A stretch of 64,000 nt of DNA from Lysobacteraceae bacterium (GTDB lineage Bacteria; Pseudomonadota; Gammaproteobacteria; Xanthomonadales; Xanthomonadaceae): contig JAWLBY010000003.1 of the NCBI GenBank assembly GCA_041687455.1, positions 221,823 to 285,822 of the forward strand. Direction: 5' to 3'. Of the stretch, positions 36,107 through 45,239 are shown in pieces. The position numbers and the translations under genes are program-made. Every line of letters starts with the position of its first letter. Within the stretch, counting starts at the first letter, position 1. The notes below the pieces were generated by a model, which saw only the letters and a list, made by a program, of their open reading frames with translations, was not told the DNA's origin and did no database searches.

Positions 36107-36649
36107 TCAGTCGCCGAACCCCGATGGCCGCTTGCGCAGCTTGCGCTGCAGCGTGCGCCGATGCATTCCGAGCGCGCGGGCGGTGGCGGCGATGTTGCCC
36201 TGATGATCGGCCAGCACCCGTTGCAGGTGCTCCCATTCGAGTCGCTTCCAGGCCAGCGGCCGTGGCGCCTCGACCGCGGCCGCGGTCGGCTGGGCCAGTC
36301 CCAGCGCAGCGAGCACGCCGGCCGCATCGGTCGGCTTGGCAAGGTAGTTGTCGGCGCCGCGCTTGATCGCGTCGACCGCGGTCGCGAGGCTGGCGTAACC
36401 GGTCAGCAGCAGCACCTTCAATGCGGGTCGCGCCTGCAGCAGCGCATCGAGCACCTGCAGTCCGTCGTCGCTGCCGAGCATCAGGTCGAGCACGGCATGG
36501 GTCGGTTCGATCTCGTCGAGCTGCTGCAATGCGTCGGCGGCCGATCCGGCGGTGAATGCGACGAAGCCGCGCCGCTGCAGCGAGCGGGCCAGGGCCTGCA
36601 CGAACACCGCATCGTCGTCGATCAGCAGGATGCATGGAGCGATGCTCAT
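36107..36649 (-). CDS. regA: RegA/PrrA/ActR(RoxR)-type response regulator
   Basis: Receiver (ILLIDDD..VLDLMLG..LLTGYAS..KP) plus the short C-terminal Fis-type HTH NIAATARALGMHRRTLQRKL. The 4 nt ATGA overlap with the upstream kinase gene indicates translational coupling. Confidence 0.8.
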   Translation of the reverse strand: MSIAPCILLIDDDAVFVQALARSLQRRGFVAFTAGSAADALQQLDEIEPTHAVLDLMLGSDDGLQVLDALLQARPALKVLLLTGYASLATAVDAIKRGADNYLAKPTDAAGVLAALGLAQPTAAAVEAPRPLAWKRLEWEHLQRVLADHQGNIAATARALGMHRRTLQRKLRKRPSGFGD

Positions 36650-37965
36650 GCGGCGTCCAGTGCGGTCAGCGCCATTTCCGCGCGCACGCGGGTGCCGTGT
36701 GGGTCGTGCTCGAGTCCGAGCCGACCGGCATGCCGCTCGCAGATGCGGCTGGCCAGCGCCAGGCCGAGCCCGAGCCCTTCCGGCTTGTCGCTGGCGAATG
36801 CGCGCGGGGTCGCGGGCGGCGTTCCGCTGCCGGGATCGGTGACGTCGATCCGCAGCCATGGCGCATGCACCCCGACGTCGAGACCGATCGAGCGTGCACC
36901 ACTGCTGCGGGCGGCATCGGCGGCATTGTCGAGCAGGTTGATCAGAAGATAGTCGAGGCCGCGATCGACCCGCACCGGCAGCGTCGCGGCGGCGGGATCG
37001 ATCCTCATCTGCAGGTCCACGCTCGGCCGCAGCAGGCGCCAGCGCGTTACCGCCTGCTCGATCCGGGCGCCGAGTGGCTGGCGCGGCGGCGGGGACGATT
37101 CCGGCTGGGCCTCGGCAACCAGTTCGCGCACGGCGCGCCGGCAGGCATCGACCTGCCGGCTGAGCAATTCAAGATCCTCGTGCGCCGACGGCGGGGCCTG
37201 GCCGAGCCCGTCGCGCAGGTCGGCGAGCACGACCGCCATCGTCGACAGCGGCGTGTTCAGCGCATGCGCGGCGCCGGCCGCGAGCGACGCGATCGCCAGC
37301 AGGCCCTCGTCGCGCACGCTGCGCTCGCGCGCCTGAGCCAGTGCACGGCGCTGTCGGTCCAGCACCTGCGCGACGCGCGTACCAAACAGCGCGATCACCG
37401 CGGCGCTGAGCAGGAAATTGATCCACATGCCGAACAGGTGCAGATCGAACTCGCCGTGCACATGCGGCAGCGGTCGATGCCAGAACCACAGCACGCTGTA
37501 GGCCACCACCGCCAGCGAGCCGGTCGCCACCACTGCTCGGGCCGGCAGCGCCACCGCGGCCAGCGCGATCGGCACCATCAGCAGCGACACGAACGGATTG
37601 GCTGGGCCGCCGCTCCAGTACAACTGCCAGCCGAGCACCAGCGTGTCGACCAGCAGCCACGGCAGCGGCAACGACCGCCACCGGCCCAGCGCGGCTGGCG
37701 CCAGGCCGGCCAGCAGATTGATCGCAATCAGCGTCGCCACACCGGTGGCCAGCGGCAGCAGCGGCAACGGCATGCCGATGCCCCAGTGGACGATGCCGAT
37801 CGCCAGCACATGGCCGGCCACTGCGAACCAGCGCAGTCGCACCAGCATCAGGTCGAGGCCAACGCGGTCGCGCTTGCCGGCGCCGGGGTCGGCCGGGTGC
37901 GACAACGTGTCACTCCCGTCGGCGGCCCGCCGCGAACTAGAGTGAGCGGCCTTGTCCGTGGTCAT
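36646..37965 (-). CDS. regB: RegB/PrrB/ActS(RoxS)-type redox-sensing histidine kinase
   Basis: Multi-TM N-terminus with the heptapeptide GGPANPF (GGxxNPF). H-box AAHALNTPLST. Downstream Cys in QVDACRRAV. ATPase motifs N, G1 and G2. Start is uncertain (ATG 37965, or 37848 = MLVRLRW). Confidence 0.8.
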   Translation of the reverse strand: MTTDKAAHSSSRRAADGSDTLSHPADPGAGKRDRVGLDLMLVRLRWFAVAGHVLAIGIVHWGIGMPLPLLPLATGVATLIAINLLAGLAPAALGRWRSLPLPWLLVDTLVLGWQLYWSGGPANPFVSLLMVPIALAAVALPARAVVATGSLAVVAYSVLWFWHRPLPHVHGEFDLHLFGMWINFLLSAAVIALFGTRVAQVLDRQRRALAQARERSVRDEGLLAIASLAAGAAHALNTPLSTMAVVLADLRDGLGQAPPSAHEDLELLSRQVDACRRAVRELVAEAQPESSPPPRQPLGARIEQAVTRWRLLRPSVDLQMRIDPAAATLPVRVDRGLDYLLINLLDNAADAARSSGARSIGLDVGVHAPWLRIDVTDPGSGTPPATPRAFASDKPEGLGLGLALASRICERHAGRLGLEHDPHGTRVRAEMALTALDAA

Positions 37966-37992
37966 TCCGTTCTCCGCACGAGTCCGCCCGTC

Positions 37993-40038
37993 ATGGTATC
38001 GATCAGTCTGTTGAGTGCCGCTGTTGCCGCTTCGATTGCCGCCAACCAGCGGTTGCCGAACATCGAGGTGATCGGCCGACCGGTCGATCCGGTCGAAGTC
38101 GATGTGCTGGACGCCGAGCAACTGCAGGCACCGCACCGCGGCGATCTTGCCGAACTGCTGCGCAGCGTCAACGGCGTCGGCGCCGGCCGGATGGGCGGGC
38201 ACGGGCTCGAGCCGGTCATTCGGGGGCAGTCACAGGGGCAGATCAACGTCCGCATCGATGGCATGGAAGTGTACGGCGGCTGCCCGAACCGGATGGACCC
38301 GCCGACCGCCTTCGTGCAGCCGGCCAGCCTCGACCGGGTGGTCGTGCACAAGGGCGTGCAGTCGCTGCGGTATGGTCCCGGTGGTGGCGGCGGGGCGATC
38401 CTGATCGAGCGCGGCCTGCCGTGGCAACGTGACGGTCTGTCCGGCACGCTGGCGTTCGGTGGCGCCGACAACGGCTCGCTCGCGAGTGGCCGCTTCGACC
38501 TGAACCACGGCGGCGAGCGGGTCGTCTGGCGCGTCAGCGGCAGTGCCGAGGATCACGGCAACTACGAGGACGGCGCCGGCGATCCGGTGCGTTCGGCCTT
38601 CGAGCGCCGGCAGGGCAGCGCCCGGGTCGGCTGGCAGATTGGCGCGGGCCACCAGCTCGAGCTGGCGGCCGAGCACAGCGAGGCACGCGACGTGCTGTAC
38701 GCCGGAGCTGGCATGGATGCGCCGGACGAGCAGCTCGATGCGGTGCGGCTCGAACATCGCGCAGCGATCGGCGATGCGAATCTGACGCTGCGTGCGTTCA
38801 GCGCCGACGTCGAGCATCGGATGGACAACTTCTCGCTGCGGCCGCGGATGCCCGGCACGATGGCGATGAGCGTGCCGTCGGAATCGGATTCGAGCGGGAT
38901 CGAGTTCGGCTTTCAGCGCATGTTCGGCGACCGCTGGTCGGTCGACGCCGGCCTGCAGCAGGCACGCAACCGGCGCAACGCCACGCGCTTCGCCGGGCCG
39001 TCGCCGGATGCGCTGACGATGACCAATGCATTGCTGTGGCCCGATGTCGTCACCGAACGGGTCGGCGGTTATCTCGAACTGGAGTTCGACCCCAGCGTGC
39101 TCGACCGGATCATCGCCGGGGTGCGCGTCGATCGCTTCCGCTCCGACGCGCGGCGCGCGTTGCAACCGGTTTCGGCCGCAATCGCCGCTCCGGCCGCGTT
39201 CTACACGTCGTACTACGGCGACCACGCGCTCAGCCGCAGCGACGACGGTATCGGCGCGCTGCTTCGCGCCGAACACCGGATCGCGGCACACTGGACCACT
39301 TTCGGCGGCGTCAGTCGTTCGGTGCGGGCGCCGGATGCCACCGAGCGCTACATCGCGTCGACCGCCGGCATGCCTTCGGCGCGATGGATCGGCAATCCCG
39401 GGCTGGCCCCGGAAACGCATCACCAGTTCGACGCCGGCCTGCTGTTCGATGACGGGCGCAGGCGAGCAAGCGCGGTCGCGTTCGTCGACTCGGTGGCCGG
39501 CTACGTGTTGCGCGATCGGGCGCGAGGCCAGTCCGGCGTGCTGCTCGCCGACGGCGCGAGCGTGTACCGCAACATCGATGCGCGGCTGGTCGGCCTCGAA
39601 CTCGAGAGCGGGCTCGCATTCGGCGATGACTGGCAGTTCGATGCCCAGCTCGCGTGGGTTCGCGGCGACAATCGCAGCGACGACCGGCCGTTGGCACAGA
39701 TCCCGCCGCTGTCGGCGCAACTGCGGCTGCGGCGCGACTCGCGCTGGGGGCAGTGGACGGCCACCGCGCGCGGCGCGGCGCAACAACGCCGCGTCGACGC
39801 GGATGCCAGTACCGGCAGCGGGCTCGACGCCGGCCGCACGCCCGGCTGGGGCGTGCTCGACCTGCAGTGGCGCCGTGCATTCGGCCAGGCGGCACTGACC
39901 GTACAGATCGACAACCTGTTCGACCGCCTGTACGCAGATCACCTGAACCGCGCCAACCAGGATCCGTTCAACCCCGATCCGGTGCAGGTCAACGAACCCG
40001 GCCGGACGATCCAGGTCGGTTGGGAGTGGCGCTTCTGA
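37993..40038 (+). CDS. oprC: TonB-dependent copper receptor (OprC/NosA family)
   Basis: Plug motifs (IEVIG, LLRSVNGV, IRGQS), C-terminal barrel ending in ..QVGWEWRF, and the OprC-type metal-site motifs GGCPNRMDP (CxxxM, 38281..38295) and EHRM (HxM, 38815..38823). The upstream 1.4 kb of track ORF 36556..40038 is antisense artefact. Confidence 0.85.
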   Translation: MVSISLLSAAVAASIAANQRLPNIEVIGRPVDPVEVDVLDAEQLQAPHRGDLAELLRSVNGVGAGRMGGHGLEPVIRGQSQGQINVRIDGMEVYGGCPNRMDPPTAFVQPASLDRVVVHKGVQSLRYGPGGGGGAILIERGLPWQRDGLSGTLAFGGADNGSLASGRFDLNHGGERVVWRVSGSAEDHGNYEDGAGDPVRSAFERRQGSARVGWQIGAGHQLELAAEHSEARDVLYAGAGMDAPDEQLDAVRLEHRAAIGDANLTLRAFSADVEHRMDNFSLRPRMPGTMAMSVPSESDSSGIEFGFQRMFGDRWSVDAGLQQARNRRNATRFAGPSPDALTMTNALLWPDVVTERVGGYLELEFDPSVLDRIIAGVRVDRFRSDARRALQPVSAAIAAPAAFYTSYYGDHALSRSDDGIGALLRAEHRIAAHWTTFGGVSRSVRAPDATERYIASTAGMPSARWIGNPGLAPETHHQFDAGLLFDDGRRRASAVAFVDSVAGYVLRDRARGQSGVLLADGASVYRNIDARLVGLELESGLAFGDDWQFDAQLAWVRGDNRSDDRPLAQIPPLSAQLRLRRDSRWGQWTATARGAAQQRRVDADASTGSGLDAGRTPGWGVLDLQWRRAFGQAALTVQIDNLFDRLYADHLNRANQDPFNPDPVQVNEPGRTIQVGWEWRF

Positions 40039-40065
40039 CCGTGCGCATGCCGCGCGGCTGCCGGT

Positions 40066-40491
40066 TTACTCTTCCCATTCCGACTGCGCGACCGCGACTT
40101 CGTTGCGGGCCGCCTGCCGCACCAGCACCATCGCATCGTCGATCGCGCGGTTGATGCAGACGTTGATGCTGGGCTCGCCGTCAGGATAGAGATCGGCCAG
40201 CTCGCTGCAGACCCGTTCGGCGGCCTGGATCACGCGGTCCTCGAGCCGATACAGGTCGGCAGTGCGGGTCAGGTCGAGATCGCCGAAATTGACGAAGGCG
40301 CTCTTCTCGGCGGTGGTTACTTCGACCCGGCCGCTGCGCTCGCGCTGATGCGTGATTCGCGGGGCGACGACGGTGATCCGTTCCAGCTCGGCCTCGGTCA
40401 TCGGCTGGGCGACGACTGGTGTGGCGCTCGCCGACAAACCGACGATCAATGCGGACGTGAGGGCTCCGGTTACCCACAGCGGCGTGGCCAT
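40066..40491 (-). CDS. UrcA family protein (copy 2)
   Basis: ATG preceded by AAGGAGA. Signal peptide. Same conserved blocks as copy 1 (LERITVVAPR, GDLDLTRTADLYRLEDRV, VCSELADLYPDG, CINRAIDDAM). Confidence 0.8.
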   Translation of the reverse strand: MATPLWVTGALTSALIVGLSASATPVVAQPMTEAELERITVVAPRITHQRERSGRVEVTTAEKSAFVNFGDLDLTRTADLYRLEDRVIQAAERVCSELADLYPDGEPSINVCINRAIDDAMVLVRQAARNEVAVAQSEWEE

Positions 40492-40771
40492 GTCATTCTC
40501 CTTTGACTGTTGTCGTGCAGCACACCCATCGTTGGTCGCAACAGCTTAGGGTTGCGGCACTGAACACCCGCCGGCCTCGGCAGTGTCGCGGCCTCGCGCC
40601 GGCGTCGACGGCGGATTGATCCTCGATCCGCCGTCGCGCCGGATCGGGTGACGGCATTGCGCTGCGTCAATGCGCCGGGCCGGTGCCGCGCGAACAATGC
40701 CCTGTGTCCATTGATGCGCAGCCAGCGATGATCACCGACTGCCGTATCCCGAATGCCGCAGGGTCGGGCCG

Positions 40772-41986
40772 ATGAGGCGCGCGATGCTGGTGGTGCTCGA
40801 TTCGGTCGGCATCGGTGCGGCTCCCGACGCTGCCCGGTTCGGCGACGACGGCGCCGATACGCTCGGCCATATCGCCGACTGGTGCGCCCGCCGCACGGGA
40901 GACGGCGGGCGCGGTCGGCCGCTCGACCTGCCGAACCTGCGCCAGCTCGGACTCGGCAATGCAGCGGTGCTGGCGAGCGGCTTGGTGCGCGACGGGCTCG
41001 CCCCGGCCGACCTGCCGACCGCAGCCTGGGGCTGCGCGCAGGAGCGCTCGAGCGGCAAGGACACCGTGTCAGGTCACTGGGAGATCGCTGGTCTGCCGGT
41101 CCCGTTCGAGTGGGGCTACTTCGATGCTCCGCAGGCGCCGATTCCGCAGACGCTGCTCGACGAGCTGGCGCAGGCCGCGACGCTCGATGGGTTCCTCGGC
41201 AACTGCCATGCGTCGGGCACCGAGATCATCGCCAGGCTCGGGGCGGAACACGTCCGGAGCGGCCGGCCGATCGCCTATACCTCGGCCGACTCGGTGCTGC
41301 AGATCGCCGCGCACGAGCAGGCGCTCGGCCTCGATCGGCTGTATGCGTTGTGTGCCGAAGCGCGTCGGCAGGTCGATCGCTACCGGATCGGACGGGTCAT
41401 CGCGCGGCCGTTTGCCGGCAGCGCTGCGGACGGCTTCCGGCGCACCGCGAACCGTCGGGATTTCGCCGTCCCGCCACCGCAACCGACCCTGCTGGACCGG
41501 CTCGTCGCGACCGGCGGGGATGTGATCGGCATCGGCAAGATCCCCGACATCTTCGCCGGCCACGGCATCTCGCGAGCGGTCCAGGCGCATGGGCTCGAAG
41601 CCCTCGTCGATGTCACCGCGGCCGAATTCCGCCGTGCCGGGCCGCGCAGCCTGGTGTTCACGAACCTGGTCGACTTCGACCAGGAGTACGGTCATCGGCG
41701 CGACGTTGCCGGCTATGCCACGGCGCTCGAACGGTTCGATCGCCTGCTGCCACACCTGCTCGAAGCCCTCGGTCATGGCGACCTGCTGCTGCTGACAGCC
41801 GATCACGGCAACGACCCGACCTGGCACGGTAGCGACCACACCCGCGAACAGGTGCCGGTGATCGCGTGCGGTCCCGGCGTATCGGCCGATGCGCTCGGCC
41901 GCCGCGATGGTTTTGCCGACATCGGCCAGAGCCTGGCCCGCTGGTTCGGACTCGAGGCGCTGCCGCACGGGCGCGCCTTCCTGTAA
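40772..41986 (+). CDS. deoB: Phosphopentomutase
   Basis: VLDSVGIG..DTLGHI, GKDTVSGHWE, YTSADSVLQIAAHE, NLVDFD and TADHGNDPT motifs. 404 aa. Confidence 0.95.
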   Translation: MRRAMLVVLDSVGIGAAPDAARFGDDGADTLGHIADWCARRTGDGGRGRPLDLPNLRQLGLGNAAVLASGLVRDGLAPADLPTAAWGCAQERSSGKDTVSGHWEIAGLPVPFEWGYFDAPQAPIPQTLLDELAQAATLDGFLGNCHASGTEIIARLGAEHVRSGRPIAYTSADSVLQIAAHEQALGLDRLYALCAEARRQVDRYRIGRVIARPFAGSAADGFRRTANRRDFAVPPPQPTLLDRLVATGGDVIGIGKIPDIFAGHGISRAVQAHGLEALVDVTAAEFRRAGPRSLVFTNLVDFDQEYGHRRDVAGYATALERFDRLLPHLLEALGHGDLLLLTADHGNDPTWHGSDHTREQVPVIACGPGVSADALGRRDGFADIGQSLARWFGLEALPHGRAFL

Positions 41987-41993
41987 CCGGATT

Positions 41994-42698
41994 TCAGGCC
42001 GGCGCGCTTGCCCGATCGTCGCGGCCGACGACGCTCGACGCGCGGCTCGCGCCGGGTTGCCCGTAGCCCGTGAAGCGTCGCAGCACGTCGTCCATCTCGG
42101 CCGGATCGAGCAGCACCGGGCTGCCGCCCTGCAGTGCGCGCCAGTACTGCTCGCAAAGCAGCTCCAGTTCGAACGCCAGCTCGACTGCCTCGTCGAGCTC
42201 GCGAGCGAGCACGGTCATGCCGTGGTTGGCCATCAGGCAGGCACTGCGATCCTGCAGCGCGACCTGCATCACCTCGGACAATTCCACAGTGCCGAACGGC
42301 GCGTAGGGCGCACAGCGAACGTCGTGGCCGCCGAAGCGGGCAATCATGTAGTGGAACGGAGGAATGCCGCGACGCTGGCATGCCAGCGCGGTCGCGAACG
42401 GCGAATGGGTGTGGACGATGGCGCCGACCTCGGGACGTGCTGCGTACAGGTCGAGATGGAACCGCCATTCGCTGGACGGCTTCCGGGTGCCGAGCGTCTG
42501 TCCGTCCGCCGACATGCGGACGATGTCTTCCGGACCGCAGCGGGACGGGTGCAGGCCGCTCGGCGTGATCAGCAGGCCGTCATCGATCCGGAGGCTGACA
42601 TTGCCGGAAGTGCCGAGGTTCAGGCGGCCTTCGAGCAGGGTGCTGGCGGCTGCAATCAACGATTGACGCAGCGGACGATCGGACGGAAAAGCATTCAC
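41994..42698 (-). CDS. Class II aldolase/adducin family protein
   Basis: GTSGNVS, EWRFH, VHTHSP and ANHG motifs. GTG 42698 is the likely start. Convergent with deoB, with only 7 bp between the stops. Confidence 0.8.
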   Translation of the reverse strand: MNAFPSDRPLRQSLIAAASTLLEGRLNLGTSGNVSLRIDDGLLITPSGLHPSRCGPEDIVRMSADGQTLGTRKPSSEWRFHLDLYAARPEVGAIVHTHSPFATALACQRRGIPPFHYMIARFGGHDVRCAPYAPFGTVELSEVMQVALQDRSACLMANHGMTVLARELDEAVELAFELELLCEQYWRALQGGSPVLLDPAEMDDVLRRFTGYGQPGASRASSVVGRDDRASAPA

Positions 42699-43202
42699 GC
42701 AAGGCGATCCTGGTGGCGGAGCGGCGCGTATCCCAACACGTTTCACTTCCGCTGCAAAGGATCCGGGTCAAATCCACTCGATCGCCGCGCCGTGCCCCTT
42801 CGGTGGCGAGCCGTCGTACGGTTCGACATGGGCGCTGCGATTCCGGGTTTTTCGCGCAGGCGTTCGAACCCGGGGCCGGGCCGGTGCATCACGAGCAGGT
42901 GCCTGTTGGGGTGGCATGGCCGAGCGGCGAGACGGCGATCAACATGGCACGCAGCATCGAAGGCTGCATGGGCTTACTTGCGGGATGGGAAGCGGCGAGC
43001 GGATCGGCGATGATCGCAGTCGGACAGCGCTGCGCGGACGGTGGTCGTTGGCCGCTTGCGGCAGGGCGAGTCGGTGGCGCGGCGAATCCCCGCCTGCGTC
43101 ACGATTGCGGCGCGCGGCCGTCGTGCGGCTGTCGTGCGTCACCGGCGCTGCAGTCGCAGCCGCTCGCACGTCCGGCCGCCACCATCATCTCGGGGACGTC
43201 GC

Positions 43203-43385
43203 ATGTTCAAGCTGCTCGGAATTGCACTGGCGCTCTACACCGCGCACGCGGCGATGGCCGGACGCGTGTACATCAAGTCGGGACCGGGCGGCAGGGCGGT
43301 CGAGCGGCAGCACGAGCGGGGCTATTTCTGGGTCTGCACCGCAATCTACGCTGCGCTCAGCGTCGCGTTGCTGACGCTGTTCTGA
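43203..43385 (+). CDS. Small 2-TM membrane protein (60 aa), hypothetical
   Basis: ATG 43203. MFKLLGIALALYTAHAAMAG...YFWVCTAIYAALSVALLTLF. It lies 64 bp upstream of the serine hydrolase gene on the same strand. Confidence 0.4.
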   Translation: MFKLLGIALALYTAHAAMAGRVYIKSGPGGRAVERQHERGYFWVCTAIYAALSVALLTLF

Positions 43386-43449
43386 CCTGCGCTGCGCTGC
43401 GGACGCCGGATCGCTGCGGCGGAATGTCGTTGATATTTGCCGCGACAGG

Positions 43450-44715
43450 ATGAGATCGTTCTTCCATGGCCTGTTCATGCGGAGGCTGGGCGTGAGACGG
43501 ATCCTGCGCTGGTCGCTGCGGGTCGGGCTGCTGCTGCTCGTGCTGGTCGGTGGCGTGCTCGCCTGGCACCGCGACGAACTGCACCGGCTGCTGGCGGTCA
43601 ATTCACTGTTCGCCGAAGACCGGATCGTCGCGAACTTCAGTGCGATGGACCGGTTGTTCTTCCACGCAGCATTGCCGGTCGATGTCGGCACGACGGTGCC
43701 GCTCGAAGTTGCGCCGCGCCGCCTGCCCGAGCTGTCCGGATGGTTGCAGGCGCGTTCGGTCACCGCGATCGTCGTGCTGAAGGACGGCGCGGTCGCGTAC
43801 GAGCGCTATCGGCTCGGCACATCGGCCGCCGACCGTCGGATCAGTTGGTCGATGGCCAAATCGTTTCTGTCGGCGCTGTTCGGCATCCTGCACGCCGAAG
43901 GCGTGATCGCCGACCTCGACGAACCGGTCACGCGCTACGCGCCGACGCTGGCCGGCACCGCCTACGATGGCGTCAGCATCCGCAACGTGCTGCAGATGAG
44001 CAGCGGTGTGCGCTTCGACGAGGATTACTTCGACTTCCACTCCGACATCAACCGGATGGGCCGGGTGCTGGCGCTGGGTGGCTCGATGGATGCGTTCGCG
44101 GCCAGCCTGTCCGAGCGTGAGCGCGAGCCCGGGCAGGCCTGGCAGTACGTGTCGATCGACACGCATGTGATCGGCATGGTGATCCGCGGCGCGTCCGGGC
44201 GCGGCATCGGCGAGTTGCTGGCGGAAAGGCTGCTGCAGCCGATCGGCGTCGAGTCGTCGCCCTATTACGTGACCGATGGCGACGGCACCGCGTTCGTGCT
44301 CGGCGGTCTCAACATGAGCACGCGCGACTACGCCCGTTTCGGCCAGTTGTTCCTGCAACGCGGCGTCTGGGACGGCCATCAGGTGGTGCCGTCGGACTGG
44401 GTCGATGAGTCGACCCGGGCCAGTGCGAATACCGCTCCGGGGCGGATCGGCTATGGCTACCAGTGGTGGGTGCCGGTCGATGCGACCGAAGGCGAGTTCC
44501 TCGCGCGTGGTGTCTATGGCCAGTTCATCTATGTCAATCGTCCGGCCGGCGTCGTGGTCGCGCTGAACTCGGCCGACCGCAGCTTCGCCGCTGCCGGTGT
44601 GTTTGCCGACACACTGGCCCGGTTTCGCGAGATCGCAGCAACATTGCACGGCAGCGCCGAAACGACAGCGGCGCATACTGCGGTAGCTGCTCCGACAGCA
44701 AACGCGGTGGACTGA
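43450..44715 (+). CDS. Membrane-anchored serine hydrolase (beta-lactamase/class C-like family)
   Basis: N-terminal TM segment LRVGLLLLVLVGGVLAW. SxxK motif SWSMAKSF. Downstream YGYQWW region typical of the family. Confidence 0.8.
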   Translation: MRSFFHGLFMRRLGVRRILRWSLRVGLLLLVLVGGVLAWHRDELHRLLAVNSLFAEDRIVANFSAMDRLFFHAALPVDVGTTVPLEVAPRRLPELSGWLQARSVTAIVVLKDGAVAYERYRLGTSAADRRISWSMAKSFLSALFGILHAEGVIADLDEPVTRYAPTLAGTAYDGVSIRNVLQMSSGVRFDEDYFDFHSDINRMGRVLALGGSMDAFAASLSEREREPGQAWQYVSIDTHVIGMVIRGASGRGIGELLAERLLQPIGVESSPYYVTDGDGTAFVLGGLNMSTRDYARFGQLFLQRGVWDGHQVVPSDWVDESTRASANTAPGRIGYGYQWWVPVDATEGEFLARGVYGQFIYVNRPAGVVVALNSADRSFAAAGVFADTLARFREIAATLHGSAETTAAHTAVAAPTANAVD

Positions 44716-44749
44716 CGCAGCCGGCGTTTCCGGCGCAAAGGGGACAGTG

Positions 44750-45112
44750 ATGAATCGGATCGTCGATGTGTTGATCGGCCTGGTTGCAGTGCTGCATCTC
44801 GGCTTCCTGCTGCTGGAGATGTTCTTCTGGAACCATCCGGTCGGCTGGCGGATCTTCGGCACCACGCCGGAAGTGGCTGCGTCGTCGGCGGTGCTCGCTG
44901 CCAATCAGGGGCTGTACAACGGGTTCCTTGCAGCGGGACTGATCTGGGGGCTGGCGAGCGGGCGGCGCGATCTGAAACTGTTCTTTCTCGGCTGCATCGT
45001 CGTTGCCGGAGTGTTCGGCGGCCTGACGGCCAAGCTCAGCATCCTGTTCACGCAGGCGTTGCCGGCAGCGCTCGCGTTTGCCGGTGTCTGGCTGACGTCA
45101 CGGCAGCGCTGA
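44750..45112 (+). CDS. DUF1304 family membrane protein
   Basis: LHLGFLLLEMFFW....F.......A.....NQGLYNGFLAAGLIWGL pattern. 120 aa, 4 TM. Confidence 0.8.
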   Translation: MNRIVDVLIGLVAVLHLGFLLLEMFFWNHPVGWRIFGTTPEVAASSAVLAANQGLYNGFLAAGLIWGLASGRRDLKLFFLGCIVVAGVFGGLTAKLSILFTQALPAALAFAGVWLTSRQR

Positions 45113-45142
45113 AGCAGCGGGAACATTGTCGGCAAGCTGATC

Positions 45143-45166
45143 GGCGCGCCTGCGGCAGGGCGCGCC
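45143..45166. terminator. GGCGCGCC/GGCGCGCC hairpin between convergent genes (possible terminator)
   Basis: GGCGCGCC (45143..45150) pairs with GGCGCGCC (45159..45166), with an 8 nt loop. Same arm sequence as the hairpin at 20843..20871. No U-tract. Confidence 0.25.
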
Positions 45167-45239
45167 ATGCTGCATCGAGCGTCGCGCACCAGTCAGGCGC
45201 GGGTCTTGCGTCGCAGCAACGCTGGGCAGGCGGCCGGTT

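Noticed and set aside
35470-36342. Upstream extension of the 658 aa minus-strand ORF 34366..36342
   Set aside because: It overlaps DUF488 (plus strand) and the 3' end of regA. The desaturase sequence starts at MSKSPLL (35469), and the extension has no TM or His-box features.
36556-37992. Upstream 479 codons of the 1160 aa plus-strand ORF 36556..40038
   Set aside because: This part is antisense to regA/regB and is Arg/Gln-rich. The receptor sequence proper begins at MVSISLLSAAVAAS (37993), with plug motifs right after it.
42915-42990. tRNA-like string GGCCGAGCGGCGAGACGGCG
   Set aside because: It resembles the D-arm region of tRNA-Ser/Leu superficially. I could not build an acceptor stem, anticodon stem or T-arm (GTTCRANYC) around it.
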